IMG/VR virus record: IMGVR_UViG_3300027367_000006
Span: 1 to 31,923 of that record
Direction: 5' to 3' (one strand)
Length of the DNA stretch: 31,923 bases
From: a virus
Lineage: Duplodnaviria; Caudoviricetes
Numbering within the stretch: position 1 is the stretch's first letter; each line of letters begins with the position of its first letter. The notes under the pieces were generated by a model, which saw only the letters and a program-made list of their open reading frames with translations, was not told the origin of the DNA and made no database searches. This document shows positions 1 through 6,785 of this stretch, piece after piece. The position numbers were made by a program, and so were the translations under genes.

Positions 1-582
1 CTAGATGGCTTTAAAGCTATATCAACCAATACAATGACAAATGAATACTGCATCAAACAGAATGCATCTACTAGAAAAGATAACATTTGTACCGTTTGTT
101 ATTCACATACAATGTTAAAAAGCTACCGCAAGAATATGCAACCAGCATTGCAAAGAAATTCAGAGGCGTTAGCTAATAGAGTTTTTGATATGGATTTGTT
201 GCCTACAATATTAGATGCATTCTTTAGATTTAACGCACACGGGGAACTAATAAACCTTACCCATTTAGAAAACTTAGTAAGGATTGCCAAGAAAAACCCG
301 CATTGTAACTTTGCATTGTGGACAAAACGCAATGATTTAATTGTCAAATACTTTAAGAATAGAGACAAACCGAAAAACTTTATTCTAGTATATTCAAATC
401 AAAAGGTTGGTACGGTTATGACAAAACCGCCTAAGCATTTTGATAGAACCTTTAACAATGTGCTAGAACATGAACATAAAGAATTGCAAAATTGTACTGG
501 TCAAAAGTGCAAAGACTGCAGACTATGTTATACTTTAGATAATGGTGTGGATACTATTGTAGAGATGGTAAAGAAATATTAA
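1..582 (+). CDS. Cys-rich Gp88-like / radical-SAM-like Fe-S protein, 5'-truncated by the window edge
   Basis: Frame is open from base 1 (LDGFKAISTNT before the ATG at 34). Motifs C-x12-C-x2-C-Y, FFRFNAHGE, LWTKR and C-terminal CTGQKCKDCRLCY resemble phage Gp88-type proteins. Confidence 0.55.
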   Translation, partial: LDGFKAISTNTMTNEYCIKQNASTRKDNICTVCYSHTMLKSYRKNMQPALQRNSEALANRVFDMDLLPTILDAFFRFNAHGELINLTHLENLVRIAKKNPHCNFALWTKRNDLIVKYFKNRDKPKNFILVYSNQKVGTVMTKPPKHFDRTFNNVLEHEHKELQNCTGQKCKDCRLCYTLDNGVDTIVEMVKKY

Positions 583-605
583 TTTATAGAAAAGGATTTA
601 ACAAA

Positions 606-767
606 ATGGAAAATACTTCTTATTATGTAAGACGTTTAAAAGATAATAGACTAGTTGCGGGTTTGTTTTTACCTATCAAAACAAAAGAGATTGCCAATCG
701 CTTTCTAAAACAATGGCAATATAACTTTCCTAACGATGAATTTTTTATAGAAGAAAGAAAGGATTAA
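606..767 (+). CDS. Hypothetical early protein, 53 aa (not in ORF track)
   Basis: ATG 606 after AAGGA RBS; MENTSYYVRRLKDNRLVAGLFLPIKTKEIANRFLKQWQYNFPNDEFFIEERKD; TAA 765-767. Confidence 0.7.
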   Translation: MENTSYYVRRLKDNRLVAGLFLPIKTKEIANRFLKQWQYNFPNDEFFIEERKD

Positions 768-789
768 ACAAATTGATAATATGTTAAAA

Positions 790-840
790 GTTTAGTCTTA
801 TTGGTGGCATTCTTTTGAGTGTCACTAGATAATACTAAAC
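790..840 (+). promoter_or_regulatory. Long intergenic RNA hairpin, candidate RNase III processing site
   Basis: GTTTAGTCTTATTGGTGGCATTC-TTTT-GAGTGTCACTAGATAATACTAAAC pairs over ~22 bp with one mismatch, one bulge and three G-U pairs that work only on the + strand; no U-tract. Confidence 0.55.
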
Positions 841-862
841 CAAAAGAGAGAGAGTAAATAAA

Positions 863-1036
863 ATGATTGATAAAGATATAATAATGAATTTAACAGATAT
901 AGAAATATCATGTTTAGAGATTGTTTCATGTAACTTTGAAACGCAAGCTGATATTGAGAAAGAACTCTACAGGATCGCAGAGCTATGCAAAACTTTGTCA
1001 AATGAATTAAGAGATAGGATACAGGAAGATGAATAA
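863..1036 (+). CDS. Hypothetical acidic early protein, 57 aa (not in ORF track)
   Basis: ATG 863 after GAGAG; MIDKDIIMNLTDIEISCLE...RIQEDE; TAA 1034-1036 overlaps the next start. Confidence 0.65.
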   Translation: MIDKDIIMNLTDIEISCLEIVSCNFETQADIEKELYRIAELCKTLSNELRDRIQEDE

Positions 1037-1214
1037 ATCTTTAAGCTGTTGTCCTGAGTGCCTGAGTAAAGGTTATAGGCTTAAGCTAAAAATAATTGAT
1101 ACAAGGGAATATTTTAAACTTGGCTACCCGTCAACTAAACGCCGTAAAAAATGTTTGACGTGTGGGTATAGAGTTAATACTGTAGAAATACAATTGGAAA
1201 AGGAGAATAAATAG
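1029..1214 (+). CDS. Stand-alone NrdR-like zinc-ribbon protein
   Basis: CPEC...KIIDTRE...TKRRKKCLTCGYRVNTVE parallels the NrdR N-terminus (CPxC...VIDSR...RRRRECxxCxxRFTTxE); no ATP-cone; AGGA RBS. Confidence 0.7.
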   Translation: MNKSLSCCPECLSKGYRLKLKIIDTREYFKLGYPSTKRRKKCLTCGYRVNTVEIQLEKENK

Positions 1215-1418
1215 ATGGATGTTCAAGATAGATTAAGACTTGCTCATGAAACGGTATGCAAACAAGAGAATAAAAGAATGCGTCAAGTTTTTAACATGCG
1301 TAATTATAAAGAAGGTGACCAGTGGACACAACAAAAGAATAGACAGGTTACAGGTGCTAAGGGTGGTAAACAAAACAAACTTAAAAGACTTTGGGTAAAA
1401 GAAAGGGTAGCAAAATGA
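1215..1418 (+). CDS. Hypothetical basic protein, 67 aa
   Basis: AAGGAG RBS; starts immediately after the upstream stop; K/R-rich with TGAKGGK. Confidence 0.75.
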   Translation: MDVQDRLRLAHETVCKQENKRMRQVFNMRNYKEGDQWTQQKNRQVTGAKGGKQNKLKRLWVKERVAK

Positions 1419-1654
1419 GTAATAAGATAAGTTTAGAAGGGTGCTATACAGTTGCAGCATTTGCTGAGATAGAATTGCCAGAAGGTAAGACAGGCGAAGA
1501 CATACGTCACGTCTATGACAAGTGGGGTACGTTATACATAGAGCTAGACGATGGCAAAGTGTATGAGTACATGATTGATTATGGTGATGTTGACAGTAAA
1601 CGACTAGACTATATGGATTTATATACAGATGAAAGGGAGTTACTAAATGTATAG
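1415..1654 (+). CDS. Hypothetical acidic protein
   Basis: Start moved to ATG 1415 (ATGA overlap with upstream TGA, AAGGG RBS). Confidence 0.75.
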   Translation: MSNKISLEGCYTVAAFAEIELPEGKTGEDIRHVYDKWGTLYIELDDGKVYEYMIDYGDVDSKRLDYMDLYTDERELLNV

Positions 1655-1805
1655 AGTTAGGACATATGACAAAGACGGTAAGCTAATACAAACCTATTGC
1701 AGCTACAACAGGTCTACGTTAGAAGCCTATGTGAGTTCGTCACTAGATAAGGTTAAAGGTATTAAACATATTAAGAGTTGGGAAGAGGATAGAGAAAATG
1801 GATAA
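1647..1805 (+). CDS. Hypothetical protein, 52 aa (not in ORF track)
   Basis: ATG 1647 after GGGAG; MYRVRTYDKDGKLIQTYCSYNRSTLEAYVSSSLDKVKGIKHIKSWEEDRENG; fills the gap with overlaps on both sides. Confidence 0.7.
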   Translation: MYRVRTYDKDGKLIQTYCSYNRSTLEAYVSSSLDKVKGIKHIKSWEEDRENG

Positions 1806-1926
1806 GCAAGAATTTTATGATTGGATTTATAATGGTGATGCATCCTTTGAAGCTATAGAAGATTTAGGTGATGGTAACTTTGCTGTATACTTTTGTGATA
1901 TAGAAGGTGATGATGATGACGACTAA
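1798..1926 (+). CDS. Very acidic 42-aa protein (not in ORF track)
   Basis: ATG 1798 after GAGGA; MDKQEFYDWIYNGDASFEAIEDLGDGNFAVYFCDIEGDDDDD. Confidence 0.7.
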   Translation: MDKQEFYDWIYNGDASFEAIEDLGDGNFAVYFCDIEGDDDDD

Positions 1927-2077
1927 ATCTAAACCATTACATAGATACCACAATGAATTAATCAAAGAGATAGACGATGCTGAGTGGTTGGATAAAGAAA
2001 TATCTGACCACGAGAAGCAAGAGAATAAAGAGTATCTTATATCTTTAACTAATGGTGGTAAGGCATACCGTAATTAA
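1916..2077 (+). CDS. Hypothetical protein, 53 aa (not in ORF track)
   Basis: ATG 1916 after GAAGGTG (alternative ATGs at 1910 and 1913); MTTKSKPLHRYHNELIKEIDDAEWLDKE...AYRN. Confidence 0.65.
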   Translation: MTTKSKPLHRYHNELIKEIDDAEWLDKEISDHEKQENKEYLISLTNGGKAYRN

Positions 2078-2088
2078 CCTATAGAACC

Positions 2089-2135
2089 CTTGTCAGGGAC
2101 AAGCCCTAGGGTATCAACATTATTTAATCTGTCAA
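2089..2135. promoter_or_regulatory. Intergenic control region with overlapping opposite-strand promoter-like elements and palindromes
   Basis: + strand TTGTCA(2090)-16-TATCAA; - strand TTGACA(2135)-16-TACCCT with extended -10 TG; palindromes CTTGTC-AGG-GACAAG and CCCTAGGG. Confidence 0.45.
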
Positions 2136-2152
2136 GAGGGAAAATAAATTAA

Positions 2153-2398
2153 ATGGATTACAGAGCATACATAAGAAGAGGCAAGCAAGAACTCGAAGTC
2201 TTTGGACAGGTTTGGGATGACGGTTCTGGCTACTGGGATGAACACCAGTTCATTGTAGATCAAGAGCCAGAGTTTGCTATCACAGAACTATATGATAACG
2301 AAGATAGAGAGATCGTTAAGCTTACCACCTTGACACCTGAAGAAATACAGGTCATTTTAGATATGTTTACACAAGATTATTGGGATCAAATATTATGA
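2153..2398 (+). CDS. Hypothetical acidic protein, 81 aa
   Basis: ORF track; D/E- and aromatic-rich; ATGA overlap with primase-helicase. Confidence 0.75.
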   Translation: MDYRAYIRRGKQELEVFGQVWDDGSGYWDEHQFIVDQEPEFAITELYDNEDREIVKLTTLTPEEIQVILDMFTQDYWDQIL

Positions 2399-4023
2399 GT
2401 AACTGGTTAAGCCATAAAGAATGTCCATATGAGGACTGTGGCAGCACAGATGCCTTCAGCTACAATACTGAGAGCTGCTCAGGCAGGTGTCATAGCTGCG
2501 AAAGAGTTTACCCTAGGACTAAAGACAGTAAGTTCGAGTGGGCAGAAGAAACATACCCTGTAATGGGGCAAGAGCAAAAGGATGGATGGGATATGAACCC
2601 ACAACAAACGCAGATTAAACCTGTACCTACCGAGGTACTAACATCAGTATACAGGTCAGTAAGATCAATAAGCAGAGAGACAATGCAGTTCTATGGTGTC
2701 AAGACATACGTTGACAGCAATGGTAAAGAGGTTAAGCAAGAGTACCCATACCCATCAGGTGGCATAAAGACTAGATTTTTCCCAAAAGAATTTAGAGCTA
2801 CCAACCTTAAGTCAGATGAACTATTCGGTATGAACCATTGGAACGCAGGGTCAGGTAAGATTGTCACCATAACTGAGGGTGAACTAGATGCTATGTCAGC
2901 ATACCAAATGTGTAACTCAGCTAAGTATTCATCAGCCTTTGTGTCACTACCATCAGCTACACCATCAAATAAACTTTGGACTAAAGCTGCAGATTGGTTA
3001 GGATCATTCGAGAAGATCATACTATCCATTGAACATGATGATCAAGGGAATGCTGTAGCACAAAGGATAGCTAACCTATACCCTAACAAAGTATACAGGG
3101 TACAACATGACAAATACAAAGATGCTAATGAGTTCCTAGAGGCAGGTGCTCGTAATGAATTTTATAATGCATGGTTCAATGCTAAGAAGTATACACCTGA
3201 GAACATAATCAATACATCAGATCAGTTCCTTAAGATGTACAACAATAGTGAGAGCCATGTATATGTTGAGACAGGGGTACAAGAGTTCGATGACTTATGT
3301 ATGGGTCTGATGCAGGGTCACTTCACCTTGTTCAAGGCACAGACAGGCATAGGTAAGACTGAGTTCATGAGATACTTAGAGTACCACATACTTACCAAGC
3401 ACCCTGAGATAAGCATTGCAGCTTGGCATATGGAAGAGACAAAACTTAGATCACTACTTGGGTTGGTGTCATATGAACTAAAGGATAACCTGACACGTAA
3501 AGATTTGATAGCACAAGCAAGTGCTGAACAGAAAGTACATGATGCTATCGTTAAGCTAACTAAAGATGAGAGACTATATCAGTTCTTCTTAAATGATGAG
3601 GATGATCCTATAGATATACTAGGACACATCAGGTATTTGTCACAAGCATGTGGTGTTCAGTATATATTCTTTGAACCTATCCAAGATATTGCAGCTAACA
3701 TGGGTGGTGATGAAAGCAAAGAACAATTCCTAGCTGATCTATCTGTAAGGTTATCTAAGTTAGCTGCTGAGTTAGGCGTTGGCATTGTGACAATCGGACA
3801 TACCAATGATGATGGTGCTGTTAAGTACTGCCGTATGATAGAGCAAAGAGCATCAGTTGTTGTTGAGTTACAACGAGATAAGATGTCAGAAGATATTGAT
3901 GAAAGAAATACAACCAAGCTTCTTGTCACAAAGAACAGACCAGTTGGACCGACAGGATATGCAGGTCAGTTGACTTTCAATACAGATAGCTTTACTCTGT
4001 CAGAAAAATATGGAGAGTACTGA
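2395..4023 (+). CDS. T7 gp4-like primase-helicase
   Basis: Zn finger CPYEDC...CHSC, TOPRIM ITEGELDA and KDANE, Walker A AQTGIGKT, H1a WHMEE, KNRPVGPTG; start at ATG 2395. Confidence 0.95.
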   Translation: MSNWLSHKECPYEDCGSTDAFSYNTESCSGRCHSCERVYPRTKDSKFEWAEETYPVMGQEQKDGWDMNPQQTQIKPVPTEVLTSVYRSVRSISRETMQFYGVKTYVDSNGKEVKQEYPYPSGGIKTRFFPKEFRATNLKSDELFGMNHWNAGSGKIVTITEGELDAMSAYQMCNSAKYSSAFVSLPSATPSNKLWTKAADWLGSFEKIILSIEHDDQGNAVAQRIANLYPNKVYRVQHDKYKDANEFLEAGARNEFYNAWFNAKKYTPENIINTSDQFLKMYNNSESHVYVETGVQEFDDLCMGLMQGHFTLFKAQTGIGKTEFMRYLEYHILTKHPEISIAAWHMEETKLRSLLGLVSYELKDNLTRKDLIAQASAEQKVHDAIVKLTKDERLYQFFLNDEDDPIDILGHIRYLSQACGVQYIFFEPIQDIAANMGGDESKEQFLADLSVRLSKLAAELGVGIVTIGHTNDDGAVKYCRMIEQRASVVVELQRDKMSEDIDERNTTKLLVTKNRPVGPTGYAGQLTFNTDSFTLSEKYGEY

Positions 4024-4235
4024 TGCAAGAACTTTTAGAATATGATCCTTTGGTATACATAACAGCCAGTATATATTTCTTGGGTGTTGTTAATCACTAC
4101 GTGCTTATGAATACAATACACATAATACTCGAAGCACCAAGAGATTCCACAGCAATGCGTATTAAAGCTATCTTGTGGCCTTGGGAATTAACACTATGCT
4201 TGTGGGCTACATGGCAAGACAGGGATTACGAATGA
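4023..4235 (+). CDS. Small membrane protein, 70 aa
   Basis: GGAG RBS; coupled on both sides (TGATG, ATGA); hydrophobic segment LVYITASIYFLGVVNHYVL and ILWPW motif. Confidence 0.7.
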   Translation: MQELLEYDPLVYITASIYFLGVVNHYVLMNTIHIILEAPRDSTAMRIKAILWPWELTLCLWATWQDRDYE

Positions 4236-5128
4236 AAATATTAGCAATGGACATTGAGACTGACGCATTGGATGCTACTAAGATACATGTCATCTGTGCT
4301 CAGGATGTTGACACCAATGAGAAGTATCAGTTCCTTAATGTATGTACAATACCTGAGGAAAGAGAAGCTTTCTTTCTACTGTGTCAACAGACAGATAAGT
4401 TTATATTTCACAATGGGATAGGGTTCGATGTTAAAGTAATCAACAGACTGTTACAACCTAACCTGATTAACCCAAGTGATGTCATTGACACATTGATCAT
4501 GTCAAGGCTTATAGACTACAGCATCAAGGGTGGTCACAGTCTCAAGGCATGGGGTCAAAGACTAGGTGAGTTTAAGATTGGGTTTGATCAGTTCGAAGTA
4601 TTGACACAAGAGATGGTTGACTATTGTCATCAGGATGTTGAGGTTACAGTTAGACTATACAATAAGTTTAAGTCTAGTATCTTTGACCCTGATCTACAGG
4701 ATGCCATCAAGTGTGAACATGACATACAAATCTTATGTGAAGAGATGACAGATGCAGGGTTCTACTTCGAGAAAGATAAAGCTGAACACCTCTTGGATGA
4801 GGTTGAGCTACGCATGATAGAATTAACTGAAAGTTTCCAACGTGATTTCCCACCACAATTAGAAGAGGTGAACAGGATTAAGTACCGAAAGAAACAGGAT
4901 GGTACTACGATGGCAAGTGTAAAGAAAGCACAAGAGAAATACTTTAAGACAACAGTTGATTGGTCAGTTAACCCACCCGACTTAGTGTGCTACGATTGGA
5001 TAGAGTTTAATCCAGCATCACCTAAGATGAGAATAGAAAGACTATGGGAAGCTGGTTGGCAGCCATATGAGAAAACAAAGGGACACATACAATATGATAG
5101 AGAACAAAAACAAAGATCGTGGAGATAA
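4232..5128 (+). CDS. polA: DNA polymerase family A, N-terminal part (3'-5' exonuclease plus first half of thumb)
   Basis: ExoI MDIETD, ExoII HNGIGFD, ExoIII YCHQDV, thumb FNPASP...EAGWQP; start at ATG 4232. Confidence 0.92.
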   Translation: MKILAMDIETDALDATKIHVICAQDVDTNEKYQFLNVCTIPEEREAFFLLCQQTDKFIFHNGIGFDVKVINRLLQPNLINPSDVIDTLIMSRLIDYSIKGGHSLKAWGQRLGEFKIGFDQFEVLTQEMVDYCHQDVEVTVRLYNKFKSSIFDPDLQDAIKCEHDIQILCEEMTDAGFYFEKDKAEHLLDEVELRMIELTESFQRDFPPQLEEVNRIKYRKKQDGTTMASVKKAQEKYFKTTVDWSVNPPDLVCYDWIEFNPASPKMRIERLWEAGWQPYEKTKGHIQYDREQKQRSWR

Positions 5129-6125
5129 GTTTGCACGTTATGGTTGGACATTATCTGAGGCTAACCTTGAGACACTGCCTGATGAAGCACCTGCAGGTGG
5201 TAAAAGATTAGCTGAGTGGTTGACACTTGAAGGTAGGAGATCATCGTTGGTTGAATGGCTAGGACATTGTGGTGATGACCACCGTATACATGGCAGGTTC
5301 ACCCATCTTGGTGCATGGACAGGACGTATGGCTCACTCAGCACCTAACCAAGCTAACATACCATCTGAGTTTCATGGTACACCTAAGTCAGCTGTTGAGG
5401 AAGTTAAGGCTAGGTATGACGGACAGTTCCGTGCCTTATGGGGTGTCGAGAAAGGTAACTACCTAGTGGGTACGGATGCTGAAGGGATTCAGCTGCGAGT
5501 ACTTGCACATCTAATGAAGTCAGAAGAATATGTGGATGCTATTGTGTCAGGTAAGAAAGAGAACGAGACTGACATACACAACCTGAACAAGAAAGCATTA
5601 GGTATGTCACACATAACAAGAGATGATGCTAAGACTTTCATCTATGCATTTTTACTAGGGGCAGGTACAGCTAAGATAGCTCAGATACTACGTGTCAATC
5701 AACGTGAGGCAAGTCAATGTGTTGAGAACTTTATGCAATCAATCCAAGGGCTTGCTAACCTAAAGAAGAAAGTTATACCACACATAGCTAAACGTGGTTG
5801 GTTCAAAGGTATGGATGGACGTAAGGTTCTAGTACCATCTGAACATAAGACACTCGCAGGTATGCTGCAGAATGGTGAGTCTGTCATCATGAAACACTCA
5901 GCACTACAGTGGGTGCGTCAGGCTAAGGATAAAGAGATAGACTTTAAGCTTGTCACATGGCCTCATGATGAATGGCAGACTGAGGTGTGTGGTAATTATG
6001 CAACAGCTGAGGAGTTAGGGGCTATGCAACGTCAATCTTTTGTTGACATAGGAGAGAAGTTTAATATGGTATGCCCATTAGCAGGGTCAACTGACATCGG
6101 ACGTAACTGGAAGGACACTCACTAA
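5067..6125 (+). CDS. polA: DNA polymerase family A, C-terminal polymerase part (+1 frame; start uncertain, ATG 5067 or 5094, or frameshift)
   Basis: TGRMAHSAPN, motif A DAEGIQLRVLAH, motif B RDDAKTFIYAFLLGAG, motif C PHDEWQ, terminal GRNWKDTH. Confidence 0.92.
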   Translation: MRKQRDTYNMIENKNKDRGDKFARYGWTLSEANLETLPDEAPAGGKRLAEWLTLEGRRSSLVEWLGHCGDDHRIHGRFTHLGAWTGRMAHSAPNQANIPSEFHGTPKSAVEEVKARYDGQFRALWGVEKGNYLVGTDAEGIQLRVLAHLMKSEEYVDAIVSGKKENETDIHNLNKKALGMSHITRDDAKTFIYAFLLGAGTAKIAQILRVNQREASQCVENFMQSIQGLANLKKKVIPHIAKRGWFKGMDGRKVLVPSEHKTLAGMLQNGESVIMKHSALQWVRQAKDKEIDFKLVTWPHDEWQTEVCGNYATAEELGAMQRQSFVDIGEKFNMVCPLAGSTDIGRNWKDTH

Positions 6126-6227
6126 ATGTTACCTTATATCGTAGCACTCTCACCTGTAATTTTTGTATTGACAACAGAATTAATTGTTTATATTGTAACT
6201 AAATCAGAAGCTAAAAAAGGAAATTGA
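6126..6227 (+). CDS. Putative 33-aa single-pass membrane peptide (not in ORF track)
   Basis: ATG directly after the pol stop; MLPYIVALSPVIFVLTTELIVYIVTKSEAKKGN; ends 1 nt before the SSB ATG. Confidence 0.45.
   Translation: MLPYIVALSPVIFVLTTELIVYIVTKSEAKKGN
6168..6196 (+). promoter_or_regulatory. Sigma70-type promoter upstream of SSB
   Basis: TTGACA-17 nt-TATTGT. Confidence 0.65.
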
Positions 6228-6228
6228 T

Positions 6229-6717
6229 ATGGCTGATAAAAAGAAAACTAAGTATGGTGTATTCGAAGGGTCTTTATACTATGCCCGTGTATTCCAAGAC
6301 AACATGGACAACTCAGATTACCATGTAAATACACAAGGTCAGTACAACACAATGTTTGTACCTAAAGACAGTGAAGAAGTTAACCGTATGATTGCGATGG
6401 GTTTCCCTGAGACAGCAATGGGTAACCAAATGATTAAACCTATTGATGCAGCAGGTGGTAAGGTAGGGATGAAACTTAAACGTCCTAACGTACACCCATC
6501 TGGCATTGATGATTTCGGTGGTGCACCTTCAGTAACCAAAGGTACTACAAGTTCTAAGTGGGACTTTGTAGAAGATGGTGCACTAGGTAATGGTACAACA
6601 GCTAAGGTTAAGCTATCTATTTATGGTGAAGGATCAACAGCATCTGTACGCCTAGAAAAGATTGGTATCTTAGAGCATGTAGCCTATGAAGAATTAGCCA
6701 CAGAAGATCGTTGGTAA
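6229..6717 (+). CDS. Single-stranded DNA-binding protein (T7 gp2.5-like)
   Basis: LYYARVF...LGNGTTAKVKLSIY OB-fold-like pattern, acidic tail ending in an aromatic residue (EELATEDRW), position between pol and exonuclease, own promoter and terminator. Confidence 0.75.
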   Translation: MADKKKTKYGVFEGSLYYARVFQDNMDNSDYHVNTQGQYNTMFVPKDSEEVNRMIAMGFPETAMGNQMIKPIDAAGGKVGMKLKRPNVHPSGIDDFGGAPSVTKGTTSSKWDFVEDGALGNGTTAKVKLSIYGEGSTASVRLEKIGILEHVAYEELATEDRW

Positions 6718-6735
6718 GCTTTCCCTCCCCGACTT

Positions 6736-6767
6736 GGGCATCCCTTAATTGGGGTGCTCTTTTTATT
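6736..6767 (+). terminator. Rho-independent terminator after SSB
   Basis: GGGCATCCC-TTAATT-GGGGTGCTC followed by TTTTTATT. Confidence 0.8.
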
Positions 6768-6785
6768 ATATAAAGGATTATATCT

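Noticed and set aside
2089-2103. N4 virion-RNAP hairpin promoter
   Set aside because: The loop is C-AGG-G rather than the N4 C-GNA-G type, and no RNA polymerase motifs were recognised in the window.
5067-5128. Intron or intein as the cause of the polymerase split
   Set aside because: The two ORFs overlap, with no intervening sequence, homing endonuclease or intein termini.
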